Assembly: GCA_965242865.1 (NCBI GenBank)
Contig: CBDETK010000008.1
Coordinates: forward strand, 1 to 64,000
Direction: 5' to 3'
From: Candidatus Latescibacterota bacterium
GTDB taxonomy: Bacteria > Latescibacterota > UBA2968 > UBA8231
DNA length: 64,000 nucleotides
This document shows positions 31,598 through 41,866 of this stretch, one piece after another. The notes below the pieces were generated by a model that saw only the letters and a program-made list of their open reading frames with translations, made no database searches and had not been told where the DNA came from. Position numbers and translations under genes: made by a program. Numbering within the stretch: position 1 is the first letter of the stretch; the number at the start of each line of letters is the position of its first letter.

Positions 31598-31870
31598 TCA
31601 CTTTTCGACGCTCCGAGCCAAATGGGAACGGTAGTTCGCCTCGATGCCTAGCCAGACCCTGAAATTGAGGTCGAACACCCCTTCCAGCCGGCGGGCCATT
31701 TCCGAGTCAATCGGAGTGTCGCCTGAGAGGATCCCGGCGACGAGTGTTTCCGAAGTGCCGCAACGCCGGGCAAGCTCCGCCGGCGAGAGACCGCGGACTT
31801 TCATCCGCTCTTCGAGAATCGCTCCAGGTCTGACTGCGTAGTCTGGCTCATAGGGATACGTTACGGGCAT
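31598..31870 (-). CDS. HigA-like antitoxin HTH protein (orphan)
   Basis: YEPDYAVRPGAILEE, AELARRCG, MARRLEGVF, WLGIEANY; RBS GGAG. Confidence 0.82.
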   Translation of the reverse strand: MPVTYPYEPDYAVRPGAILEERMKVRGLSPAELARRCGTSETLVAGILSGDTPIDSEMARRLEGVFDLNFRVWLGIEANYRSHLARSVEK

Positions 31871-32243
31871 CTTCTTCTCCGTTAGTGGTCAGTAGCAGCC
31901 GACGGGTGCAGGGATCTTGGAAGTAGCCCCTCTGTATCGATTGATACCAAACGGCCTTGGCACTTGGCACCGCCGGGAGTGCCGAGCCACCCCTCGATTC
32001 CATCGTCCCCCACCCGGGGCGCCGAGATGTCGATCCAGTCGACCATCGTCACGGAATACGCGAATGAGCACGAATGCTCCAAACTGCCGGGCCCTCGCCG
32101 ACTCCCTCTCCAATCCCGACCTGCGAGCTGGCCGTCGACAGTGGCACGCTCGGGACGAATAGCCGCAGATCAGCGCCACGTTTCGTGGATGATGGGTATA
32201 ATCCCTGCGGGGAGGCTCCTCGCCCCGCCCGCGGAGGTGTGCT

Positions 32244-33377
32244 GTGCTGAGAAACCAGATTTCAAGACTCTTGCTTGTCGGCGTGTTCGCGTTCGTTGCA
32301 GCGGCCGCCTATCAGTCGCTCAAGACCGAGGTCTTGATGGCGAACGCGGCCAATCGCTTGCTGGTGTCGCTGGACCGGATGCAGCGCATGGGAACCGTCT
32401 TCCCGATGGACGCGCCCGAGCGTGAGAACTGGCACTACTTCCCCGAGACGGGGTTCGCTGACGAGTACGGTTACGTGCGGAACGGAATCACGTTCAAGGA
32501 CATGGATCCCAAGCAGCGCCATCTCGCTTACGGACTCCTCAGCACGGGCTTGGGCCGCGCCGGGTTCGTCAAGGTCATGGATGTCATGGCCTTGGAAGAG
32601 ATCGTCCGTGTGATTGAAGACGACACCACCGGGTATCGCGACACCGAGCGCTTTCATTTCACCGTGTTCGGGAAGCCGTCGATGACCGGGGACTGGGGCT
32701 GGCGTGTCGAGGGGCATCACGTCTCGCTGCATTATGCGATTCGCGATGGCGTCCTCGTCGCGACGACCCCGACATTCCTCGGAGCGAATCCCCATGAGGT
32801 CCCCCAAGGCTTGCACAAAGGGATGCGCGCCCTCGAACGCGAGGAGGACCTTGCCCGCGCCCTGCTAGTTTCCTTGGACGCGAGCGGTCGCAAGCGGGCG
32901 ATCTTCGACAAGCAGGCACCCTATGACGTCGTGACCATGGCCGACAAGCGAGCGGAGTTGGAGGGTTCTCCTCAAGGCATTCCCGCCTCCGATCTGAGCG
33001 ACGGACAGTACGAAGACCTGCTCGGACTGATCGGCGAGTACGCGAGCGTCATGCCGCCCGAGATCGCAGCGAAGCGAATTCAGGAGGCTCGGGGAACGCC
33101 ACGGGACCAGCTCTTCTTCGGGTGGGCCGGAGATATCGACCGGCCCGCGGCCAAGCCGATCGAGATCGGCAGCAAGACTACGGAGAATCGGCATCTAGCA
33201 GGCAACTACTACCGCATCCAGTCGCCCACGTTCTTGATCGAGTACGCGAACACGCAGAACCAGAGCAACCACAGCCACGCTGTCTGGCGGGATTTCGAGG
33301 GCGATTTCGGTCGAGACGTGCTGGCGGCCCACTTTCGCGGAGTCGGGCATGGCGCGGAGCCGCTGCTCGCGGACTGA
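32244..33377 (+). CDS. DUF3500 domain protein
   Basis: WGWRVEGHHVSL, TPTFLGANP, YYRIQSPTFLIEYANTQ, HSHAVWRD. Confidence 0.9.
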   Translation: MLRNQISRLLLVGVFAFVAAAAYQSLKTEVLMANAANRLLVSLDRMQRMGTVFPMDAPERENWHYFPETGFADEYGYVRNGITFKDMDPKQRHLAYGLLSTGLGRAGFVKVMDVMALEEIVRVIEDDTTGYRDTERFHFTVFGKPSMTGDWGWRVEGHHVSLHYAIRDGVLVATTPTFLGANPHEVPQGLHKGMRALEREEDLARALLVSLDASGRKRAIFDKQAPYDVVTMADKRAELEGSPQGIPASDLSDGQYEDLLGLIGEYASVMPPEIAAKRIQEARGTPRDQLFFGWAGDIDRPAAKPIEIGSKTTENRHLAGNYYRIQSPTFLIEYANTQNQSNHSHAVWRDFEGDFGRDVLAAHFRGVGHGAEPLLAD

Positions 33378-33943
33378 TTGAGGCCATCGCGTTCGGAGAC
33401 GCGATCAGTCCATCAGAGCCAGGTTGCGTGCCGACGACAGTCCGCCGCGGAATCCCGCAAGCAATCGCAAACGCGAATCCCGTTGGCTCCTGCTGCTTGC
33501 AAGCATCGGGCGAGTCGTCTGCGTTCGGCTGACTGCATCGCAAGAGGTGTTCGGGGTGCTCCGCGCAGTGCCGGGCGTGGTGCGACACGGACAGCTTCCG
33601 GCCGCGTCCCAATGGAGCCGCAGAGCGATTCGTGATCGTGGTTTACCCTCACGCATAAAGTGTTGCATCGGGTGATGCTGGGCAGTGCGCGGAATCGACT
33701 GGCCGCCGCCCGCGAAAGCCCCGCGACTGGGCCGGGTCGGCCCTTTCGCTTCTGGTGCAGGACGCAAGACTCTCGCTCAGGCCCTGCAGCCGAAACCGGG
33801 CAGTCCGAGCATTGATCTTGCTCCCGCTTGGAGCATCGCCTCAGCGTTGCTACTGTATACTGGGTCCAAGGCTTGGAGTAGTCTAGCGACTTGGACAGCG
33901 TGGCCAGTCCAAGATCCCGAGAGGTGCTCCGATCGGAACCGAC

Positions 33944-34185
33944 ATGAGGAAGATTAGCTTCTCCGTCAACAGCCACCCGTACGAGACAGAGTCAACCGGA
34001 ATGACTGTTTCGGAGGTGCTCGGCCGTAACGCTAGCTTCGTGCTTGGCTGCCTCTCAAGTGCGGCAAGGTGTGCCACAAGTTGTTCAGTAGCCGAGAGTA
34101 CAGCGCAAGGAAACCAATACCGGTGTCCATTCATCCGCGGGTCTACCAGCAATTCTCCACCAACAGAACCGCAGGGCGTATCCGA
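33944..34185 (+). pseudogene. Possible degenerate multiubiquitin-domain gene
   Basis: MRKISFSVNSHPYETESTGMTVSEVL resembles a multiubiquitin N-terminus; later motifs split across frames (REYS...IHP...QQFST; PTEPQGVS). Confidence 0.35.
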
Positions 34186-34239
34186 AAACATCCGAGACCG
34201 GATATTTTCGGTACTTCGTCGACCGAAAGGACTTTACTG

Positions 34240-35496
34240 ATGAGTACAATCACAGAGCTACGAATCGGGAATGTTCGATGCTTCGACGGACTACAGTCTG
34301 TCTCCACTCGTAGAATTACCATCCTAGTAGGTGAGAATCGTGCTGGAAAATCCACCGCTCTTGGTTGCTATCGTGCGCTTGCTGAAATCGCAAGCCTAGC
34401 TGGAAGCGGCGAACCGAACTACTTTGGGCGGGCTCCATTCTGTATGGGAGACTTTGATAGTATTGCTCGTTCAGAGAGTCCTAGTTTCACAATAGGTGGA
34501 AGATTCAAAGGGCACTTCTATCCAAAAATCACGGTCCACTTCGTTCCCGACACGAATAGAAATCCGATTGCCAAGAAGGTGAGACTCGAATCAATGAAGG
34601 CGGGAGAGAACTATCAAATGCTCGAGATGGAACTGGTCAACGATTTCAAGGCCTTGCGATTCACAAGTCCCGATATCTGTTTTGATCTTGACTGTCGCGA
34701 TATCTCGAATGCGCCGATCTTGATATGGTTATCACAGTACGCAAATCATGGTTGCATTCCGTACGATGGAGAATTAGAGAAGCTGAAGGCACGAGTAGGT
34801 CCGGGGGTGGTAGAGAAAATCGCCCCAAAATTTGCAAAATTGATGACTATTCTTCGATCCGATCTACCGTTGCCAAATCAGCATTCATTCTTCGTTGAAG
34901 CTCTTAATGTGTCAACTAGAGAACGACTCCGTTCGTATTCGAGTGTGCCAGACTATTCGAGCAATATGTCAATAGATCACTCAGATCATCTAGCTAATGC
35001 AGGCAGAAATCTAAAGCTATGGGCGGACATTTCAATTCGCCATAACCCTGAAAATGGACGCAATGAAGTGTCAGTAAAGACACCGAGTGGATGGCAAGAC
35101 TTGGTCAATGTGGGGCATGGAGTACAGAGTATTCTGCCTTTATTGTCCGCATTATATGACCAGAAGAAGCCGACGACATTCGTACTACAACAACCAGAAT
35201 TTCAACTGCACGCGTCAGCCCAAGCGAACCTAGCCCAAATTATGGCTGAAAGCGAACACAAATTCTTGATTGAGACCCACAGTGATCACATTATTGATCG
35301 CTTCAGAATATGCGTCATGGAGGGAAAACTTCAGCCCGACGAGCTTTCCATCGCTTACTGTGCATTGAGTGCCGATGGCAGAAGTTCTCAGATTCACAAC
35401 TTGGGGGTAGATGAAGATGGCAATCTATTAAATGTACCGAGAGGATATCGCTCTTTCTTCATGGAAGAAACCAAACGTCTGCTGGGGTTCCAATAG
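34240..35496 (+). CDS. ABC-type AAA ATPase (AAA_21/DUF3696-like)
   Basis: NVRCF, Walker A GENRAGKS, VGHGVQSILP, LQQPEFQLHASAQ, ETHSD; low GC. Confidence 0.88.
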   Translation: MSTITELRIGNVRCFDGLQSVSTRRITILVGENRAGKSTALGCYRALAEIASLAGSGEPNYFGRAPFCMGDFDSIARSESPSFTIGGRFKGHFYPKITVHFVPDTNRNPIAKKVRLESMKAGENYQMLEMELVNDFKALRFTSPDICFDLDCRDISNAPILIWLSQYANHGCIPYDGELEKLKARVGPGVVEKIAPKFAKLMTILRSDLPLPNQHSFFVEALNVSTRERLRSYSSVPDYSSNMSIDHSDHLANAGRNLKLWADISIRHNPENGRNEVSVKTPSGWQDLVNVGHGVQSILPLLSALYDQKKPTTFVLQQPEFQLHASAQANLAQIMAESEHKFLIETHSDHIIDRFRICVMEGKLQPDELSIAYCALSADGRSSQIHNLGVDEDGNLLNVPRGYRSFFMEETKRLLGFQ

Positions 35497-35509
35497 AAAG
35501 GTCAGTTTG

Positions 35510-35720
35510 ATGCATGCAGTCGCGATAGCAGATACAAACTTGTTTTGGATACTCGTACCGCGACCTAAGCAGTGCAAGGATCCCTGCTTGAGTACTTGGA
35601 TCGAGGAAGGACATGGTGTTCTCGCTTACCCTCGCCAAGGGGTTACTTCACTGAACTTGCGCAGAGCGAGCGGTGAATGCTCTACCTTTGGAAATGCCGC
35701 CAGCGCTTGCACTGGAGGTC
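35510..35720 (+). pseudogene. Decayed PIN-like partner of the ATPase
   Basis: MHAVAIADTNLF...WIEEGHGVLAY then frameshift and stop; usual downstream position for a PIN-like partner. Confidence 0.45.
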
Positions 35721-36339
35721 GAGCCTTCCCGACGTTACGCGTGCAGCATGGTGCTGGGCGAAGACGCTTTTCGGACAAGCAACGGGATCTGGAGGCGTTC
35801 GCCAACTTCGCCATCCCGCTGCCGCACCCGATCGACGCAGCACCTAGCCCGACGCTGCCAGATGCGCCCCCCAAGCTGAGTCCCGTTTAGCGGTCTGGAG
35901 TCGCGACGGGCTTCGCGACAAAGGGACGGGGGCGCCTATACGGAAGATACTCGGAACTCGCGCTTCGGTGCTTGCGGGGACAATTCCGCGCCAAGCGCGA
36001 GTCAGCCGGTTTGGGCATCGCCCCTGTTCGCGTGACCCTGGCCCTCGTCAGTTTCTCGACATGGCTACGCACTCGATTGGTCCGGGCGGTTGAGCGAGTC
36101 TGCTGAGCGCACCGACTTGCTCGTGCCTCCATCATTCGGTCTTGCTTGGATCAGTCTTCGCTGTGGATCGTGGAGAGCCTTGGCAAACGTGTATCGGCCA
36201 CGACCCGTGCTCCGCCCGCTCCTTCTCCTCCACGAACGACGACATCGATGAGTACCAAGCACACGCCCAGAATCCGTCTGGCACCGCTGTGCGAAACTCT
36301 GATTGAACCGTGCATCGGCCCGCAGTGCCGGTTCTCCCC

Positions 36340-37548
36340 ATGCCGCCCCTGCGCTTCGAAGAAGCCCGCAACGCCGTGTTTGAGCGCATCCGCGCCCTCA
36401 GGCAAGTCCCCGCTACCGAGACCGTGCCCTTGGACGCGGCCGCGGGCCGGATTCTCGCAGAGGCCGCCATCGCGGATCGGGACTACCCGCCATTCAACCG
36501 CTCGGCCCGCGACGGCTTCGCAGTCATCGCCGCGGACGTAGCGGAGGTGCCCGCGACGCTGGAACTAATCGGCGAGACACGCGCCGGCGAGCCCTCGCGG
36601 TTCACCCTTGAACGCGGCCAGACTGTCGAAATCATGACGGGAGCGCCCGGTCCGCGCAATGCCGATGCCGTGGTCATGGTCGAGCACTCCAGCCGGACCG
36701 GCAAGGCAGTTACGTTGCACCAGCCAATCACCTCCGGCCGCAACCTCATCGAGGCCGGATCCGAGGTGTCTCGAGGCAGTTGCGTACTAAACTCCGGAAC
36801 GCGGATCGACTACCCGCAGACCGCCGTGCTCGGAACGGTCGGGTGCGCAGCCGTGTCGGTGTACCGGCAACCGGAAGTGGCGATCCTGTCGACCGGGGAC
36901 GAGGTGCTGCCGGTCGAATCCGAGCCGGAGCCCTACCAGATCCGGAACTCGAACGCCCATTCCCTAGCCGCTCAAGTCCGGCGCAGGGGTGGCGTTCCGC
37001 GAATCCTGCCCGTCGCGAGGGATCGGCTTGACGAGACCCGGCAACGCCTCGAAGAGGGCTTGCGCAGCGACTTGCTGCTGCTCTCCGGGGGTGTCTCGAT
37101 GGGCAAGCACGACTTGGTGGAAGGCGTGCTCAGGGACTTGGGCGCGGAGATCGACTTCACCTCGGTGCGCATCCAGCCCGGCAAGCCGCTCGTGTTCGGG
37201 CGGGTCGGCGACACGCCGGTATTCGGCTTGCCCGGGAATCCCCTGTCGACCATGGTCACCTTCGAAGTGTTCGCCTCGATAGCGGTCGACTTGCTAGGTG
37301 GCGCGAACGAATCCCCGTTGCGATTCCAGCGGGCGCAGTTGGCCGAGCCCTTCCGCCACAAGCCCGTCCTTACGCGCTTCATCGGCGCGCGCCTGTCCGG
37401 CACCTACGGAAGCGCGACGGTGCGTCCTGACAGGGGCCAGGGTTCCGGCGATGTCGTTGCCTTCGCCCGCGCGGATTGCCTGATGGTTGCGTCGCAAGAA
37501 CGCGAATCGTGGGAAGCTGGCGAATGGATCGAGGTCATGCCACTATGA
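36340..37548 (+). CDS. moeA: Molybdopterin molybdenumtransferase
   Basis: [41 protein letters not shown]. Confidence 0.95.
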   Translation: MPPLRFEEARNAVFERIRALRQVPATETVPLDAAAGRILAEAAIADRDYPPFNRSARDGFAVIAADVAEVPATLELIGETRAGEPSRFTLERGQTVEIMTGAPGPRNADAVVMVEHSSRTGKAVTLHQPITSGRNLIEAGSEVSRGSCVLNSGTRIDYPQTAVLGTVGCAAVSVYRQPEVAILSTGDEVLPVESEPEPYQIRNSNAHSLAAQVRRRGGVPRILPVARDRLDETRQRLEEGLRSDLLLLSGGVSMGKHDLVEGVLRDLGAEIDFTSVRIQPGKPLVFGRVGDTPVFGLPGNPLSTMVTFEVFASIAVDLLGGANESPLRFQRAQLAEPFRHKPVLTRFIGARLSGTYGSATVRPDRGQGSGDVVAFARADCLMVASQERESWEAGEWIEVMPL

Positions 37549-38009
37549 GCGGGCTATCGCACTTCGACGAGAGCGGAGCGGTCTCGATGGTGGATGTCGG
37601 CGCGAAGCCCGCCACCCGTCGTGTCGCCACGGCAAGGGCGTTCGTCGCGATGAGCCGGGAGGTGCTGGCCGCGCTCCCCCGGAACCCCAAGGGCAATCCG
37701 TTGGAGGTGGCTCGCATTGCCGGCATCCAAGCCGCCAAGAGAACCGCGGATTTGATACCGCTGTGCCATCCCCTGCCGCTGTCTCATGTGGACGTGACCG
37801 CCGAAGTCGAAGAGAGCGGCGTCGTGGTCACTGCGACCGCTGCTACCCAAGCGGCCACCGGCGTCGAGATGGAGGCGATGACGGCGGCGTCTGTCGCTGC
37901 CCTGACGGTGTACGACATGTGCAAGGCACTCGACAAGGGAATTGAAATCCGTTCGATCGTCCTGATCGAGAAGGCCGGGGGCAAGAGCGGGCATTACGTC
38001 CGGCCCTGA
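37545..38009 (+). CDS. moaC: Cyclic pyranopterin monophosphate synthase
   Basis: LSHFD...[36 protein letters not shown]; ATGA overlap with moeA. Confidence 0.96.
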   Translation: MSGLSHFDESGAVSMVDVGAKPATRRVATARAFVAMSREVLAALPRNPKGNPLEVARIAGIQAAKRTADLIPLCHPLPLSHVDVTAEVEESGVVVTATAATQAATGVEMEAMTAASVAALTVYDMCKALDKGIEIRSIVLIEKAGGKSGHYVRP

Positions 38010-38048
38010 GTCCGCCGCCGGTGGGCTAGACTGAACATCGAGCGGGCG

Positions 38049-39221
38049 ATGACCGGATCCCGACCCAACTGCCGACCGTTGATCTGGCTGCTGGTCGCGC
38101 TGACCTGCAGCGCGGCGACAGCGTTCGGCCAAGACGACGGGAACCTGTTCGATCCCGAGACGCTGTTCGAGTCGGACCAGCCCGCGATCTTTCTGGAGGA
38201 CATCGACCAGGTAACGGTGCCGGTCACGGTGCGGAGCCCCAAGGGCGAGTACATCCACGACATGATCAAGGGGGATTTCACGATCTTCGACAACGACGTC
38301 GAACAGGAAGTCGTGGGATTCGACGTGAGCTTCCTGCCGATCTCGATGGTGATCTGCGTCCAGACCAGCGACCGTGTCGAAGGGATCCTAGGCGATATCC
38401 GCAAGACCGCCTACTTGTTCACGGAATTGGTCCTCGGCGAGCACGGAGAGGCGGCGGTGCTTACGTTCGACAGCCGCATCAGGTTGATGCAGGACTTCAC
38501 GAATGACACCAAGAAGATCGACGAGGCTCTCAAGACGATGCGGATCGGCACGTCCGCGGTGGCCATGGCCGACGCTGTCTACAGCGCCATCCGCATGCTC
38601 CTCAAGCGGCCGCAGCACCATCGCAAGATCATCGTCCTGATTTCGGAATCGCAAAACAACGGGAGCCGCATCGGGCTCGGGGAGAGCCTCCGCACGGCGC
38701 AGCTATACGACATGACGTTCTACGCGGTGCGGCTGTCGACGCTTTCGGCGCGACTGCGTCGTAAGCCGGAGGTCCGTCCTCCGAACATCCCGGCCGGGGT
38801 GGTCGTGCGACCGACCATGCCGGGCACGCCCAGCACCCCGACCGCCCAGCAGCAGAGCAGCTACTCCATCACGCCGAACATGATTCCGATCATCATCGAC
38901 CTCGTGCGGGGCGTGAAGAATCTGATCTTCGACAACCCGCTCGAGATCCTGGCGGACGGCACGGGCGGGCGGGACTTCAGCCCGCGCACGACCAGCGGAG
39001 TGCAGGAATCCATCATCAAGATCGGCGAGGATATCCGCAGCCAGTACCGCTTGAGCTACAACCCCAACAACCTGAACGAACGCGGGATCTATCACCGGAT
39101 ACGGGTCGAAGTGCCGTATGACAAGCTGCGCTTGCGCCACCGCGTGGGCTACTTCCACGGCCCCACGCCAGTCCTCGATGGCGAGCCCGCCGAGCCGGAC
39201 GTGGTGACCGACTCCCAGTAG
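38049..39221 (+). CDS. VWA-domain protein (acidobacterial VWFA-related type)
   Basis: VTVPVTVRSPKG, DFTIFDND, QDFTND, RKIIVLISE, TGG, IRSQYRLSY. Confidence 0.85.
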   Translation: MTGSRPNCRPLIWLLVALTCSAATAFGQDDGNLFDPETLFESDQPAIFLEDIDQVTVPVTVRSPKGEYIHDMIKGDFTIFDNDVEQEVVGFDVSFLPISMVICVQTSDRVEGILGDIRKTAYLFTELVLGEHGEAAVLTFDSRIRLMQDFTNDTKKIDEALKTMRIGTSAVAMADAVYSAIRMLLKRPQHHRKIIVLISESQNNGSRIGLGESLRTAQLYDMTFYAVRLSTLSARLRRKPEVRPPNIPAGVVVRPTMPGTPSTPTAQQQSSYSITPNMIPIIIDLVRGVKNLIFDNPLEILADGTGGRDFSPRTTSGVQESIIKIGEDIRSQYRLSYNPNNLNERGIYHRIRVEVPYDKLRLRHRVGYFHGPTPVLDGEPAEPDVVTDSQ

Positions 39222-39413
39222 GGACTCCGACGGTCGACTGCGGCAGACGGGCCTCTTGCCGAGGTGGTGATCGATTCGTAGAGCGAATCGGCTGACCCCT
39301 GCTCAGTGGATCGGGCTTCCGGAGTTGCAGGCCAATACGCGGTAGACCGGGGGCGACTCGCTCGCCCCGGGGTGCTGTTCGGAATCCAGTGGGCAGGGCT
39401 TAGGATAAGTGCC

Positions 39414-41735
39414 ATGCACGACATGACCGTGGCCACTGCGGTTCTGCACCGGTCCACGCTTGTATTCCTTGCGGCCACGGGGCTTTGCGGCTTGGCCCGC
39501 GCGCAACAGGCGCCTCTGCAGGGGGGAGGGTCGACCGTTGAAATCAATGTTCCGTTGATGGATGCAGGTTCCGCTGTCTTGTGGGCGTATCGTCCTTTTT
39601 CGTACCAATCCGTATCCCAGTTTGCCAGCTTGGACTCCACGAATATCTCCGTGGCGACTAGGCACTCGTTGAACACCGCGGACCTGCCCAAGTACCGCAC
39701 CTTAATCGACTTAGTCGGCGAGTCCCTGTTCCCTTCGTTCCCTCAGGTCTCGATCACCGATCCGCCGCCCAATGCTTCAGGTGTGATTCTCGACGAACCT
39801 GTCAGCGGAACGACCATAGCGGGCTTCATCATCGGACTTCCACCGAACCTCGGTCCGTTCTTGTCATTCGGGCAGCCGCAAATCCTCGCCCAAGCGCTCG
39901 GATTCTTTCCTGCGACCAATCCGGCTGCCGGTTCCGGGCGCTGGCACGGGCAGGTCCTTGGGATCGATATCGGCCAGGGTGAGACGCGTGGCAATCAGAT
40001 CCTCGGCGACGTCGCTATCTTTCTGGAGGACTTTACGGACCCGCACGTCGATGTCCAGTTCAGCGGCCTGCTTGATGTCGTAACCGGAAACGATCACCCG
40101 GTCATCCAGCGAAGGGGTATTCCCGTGGAGCACGGGTTTTTCGAAGTAGCGGACGCCGACGGTGTTTTGCGCGGACGATTTTTCGGGCCGGCGAGCGAGG
40201 AAGTGGGCGGCGCGTTCGCTATCGAATCGATACTCGGTGCATTCGGGGCCACGCGAGTCAATGACACACTCATCCCGGACAGTGATGGCACTGACGCGGT
40301 ATATCCGAGGCTTGTGATCGCGCCGACCGAGTCCGCGGCATCGATCGCAGTGGGTTTCGATGCAGGGGTGCGCTTCCAGCGAGGAGCTGCGAGCACATCG
40401 CGGGTGGGGTTGGATTATTCGGCAGCGGATAGTACGCGCGCCCTTGACGGGCAGGCGAGGTTGTCAACAGTCTGGCTCGAGGACGGCCAAGCGTACGTGT
40501 ACCGTGATAGCTTTCAACGCGACGACACGTTGGACCATACGTCCCTTAGAGGCCTCCTCATCGGCCCGTCCGATCAGGCCCGCGTGTATTCCGGCGGCTT
40601 GGCAGCAAACATGAATCCACCTACCGGCGGCGCAACTTGGGTCGGCGCGGTCGCGGCCATGGATCCTCTGGATCGGGCGACCACGGTGAGCGGCGACGCG
40701 CTGGTGCATATTGATGACTTCGCCGATCCGGTTGCCTTCGTCGCGCTGACTAACTTGCGGGAAGACGGCTCGGGGCGGCCGCGCCACGACATCTACTGGA
40801 ATCGCGTTCCGGTCAGGCGTGGAGCATTCCATGGCAAGACCACTGGAGGCTGGATTCGCGGCAGATTCCACGGCCCGACTGGGGATGGAGTCGCGGGAAC
40901 CTTCTTTCGGCCTGCGCTCACCGGTGCCTTCGGAGCGTCCCGGTCGCCGCAGCAGACAGGTCAAGGTATGACTGATGGAAGCATACCGACTGTTGGGACG
41001 GCCGCAACCGCGTTCCAAGTGATTGGCCGCGTGAGCGGGTCCGCAGTGCCATTCGACTCCCGGCTACGCCCAGTGCATGGAGAAGCAGGAGAAGTGGCAT
41101 TCTCAATCGCAGAGCATGCCTACAGGGTCGCGGCTCTTGGAACGCCGCTACCAACTTTCGAGTGGGTCGAAGAAACGCGCTCGGCATCCCTGCATTGGCT
41201 CGGCACGATCCTTGGAGGCGAACTGACAGGGTCTGAGGAACTGCCGGACGGAGACAGTTCCTATACGCTGCGACCGCTGCCCGATGGCGGTTTCGGCGTG
41301 TTGCGCTACGACAGGACTGGACCCGAGGATACGCGACTGACGCTGACCGCAGGCTTCGCATTCGGCGCAGCGCAACTCAGCAACCCCGTCGGCGGCGCTG
41401 CTACTTGGACGGGCGACGTGCTCGGCTTCGACATCACCGATGGCGAAACTTCCGGGAATCAGGTTGGGGGCATCGCCACGCTGACGATCGGAGACTTCGC
41501 GGATCCGATGGTCGATGTCGCGTTCACGGGCTTGCAAGACATGCAGACCAGAACGGCAATTGCCGATATGGCATGGTCCGCCGTGCCATTGGAGCGCGGC
41601 GGGTTTCGATCAGAGGGCCATTCCGGAGTGATCGATGGCCAGATGTACGGCACGGATCATTCGCACGTGGGCGGTGTCTTTGAGCGCGATGGGATCGTCG
41701 GTGGATTCGGTGCCCGTCGCGGATCCGCGCCTTGA
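39414..41735 (+). CDS. Secreted protein with three transferrin-binding-protein-like beta-barrel repeats
   Basis: Signal peptide; three internal repeats W-x-G...DF(T/A)DP-x-V-x-V...G-x-F-x-G-P/T...VGG-x-F...GAFGA-x-R. Confidence 0.75.
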   Translation: MHDMTVATAVLHRSTLVFLAATGLCGLARAQQAPLQGGGSTVEINVPLMDAGSAVLWAYRPFSYQSVSQFASLDSTNISVATRHSLNTADLPKYRTLIDLVGESLFPSFPQVSITDPPPNASGVILDEPVSGTTIAGFIIGLPPNLGPFLSFGQPQILAQALGFFPATNPAAGSGRWHGQVLGIDIGQGETRGNQILGDVAIFLEDFTDPHVDVQFSGLLDVVTGNDHPVIQRRGIPVEHGFFEVADADGVLRGRFFGPASEEVGGAFAIESILGAFGATRVNDTLIPDSDGTDAVYPRLVIAPTESAASIAVGFDAGVRFQRGAASTSRVGLDYSAADSTRALDGQARLSTVWLEDGQAYVYRDSFQRDDTLDHTSLRGLLIGPSDQARVYSGGLAANMNPPTGGATWVGAVAAMDPLDRATTVSGDALVHIDDFADPVAFVALTNLREDGSGRPRHDIYWNRVPVRRGAFHGKTTGGWIRGRFHGPTGDGVAGTFFRPALTGAFGASRSPQQTGQGMTDGSIPTVGTAATAFQVIGRVSGSAVPFDSRLRPVHGEAGEVAFSIAEHAYRVAALGTPLPTFEWVEETRSASLHWLGTILGGELTGSEELPDGDSSYTLRPLPDGGFGVLRYDRTGPEDTRLTLTAGFAFGAAQLSNPVGGAATWTGDVLGFDITDGETSGNQVGGIATLTIGDFADPMVDVAFTGLQDMQTRTAIADMAWSAVPLERGGFRSEGHSGVIDGQMYGTDHSHVGGVFERDGIVGGFGARRGSAP

Positions 41736-41825
41736 TGCAGAATAGACTGACATCACTGGCAAACTGCGCTTTCCGCCGGACCGGGGCGGTGGCACGAGGC
41801 GCAACGCGCTAACGGCGGCGGTCGA

Positions 41826-41854
41826 TTGCTGACAGGGGCTCCGTAAGGTATAGT
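41826..41854 (+). promoter_or_regulatory. Putative sigma70 promoter of macrodomain gene
   Basis: TTGCTG, 17 nt spacer, TATAGT, 12 nt before ATG. Confidence 0.45.
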
Positions 41855-41866
41855 GCAAGTCGGGCC

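Noticed and set aside
35890-36340. Moco riboswitch upstream of moeA
   Set aside because: No recognisable motif by eye; an Rfam/Infernal scan would be needed.
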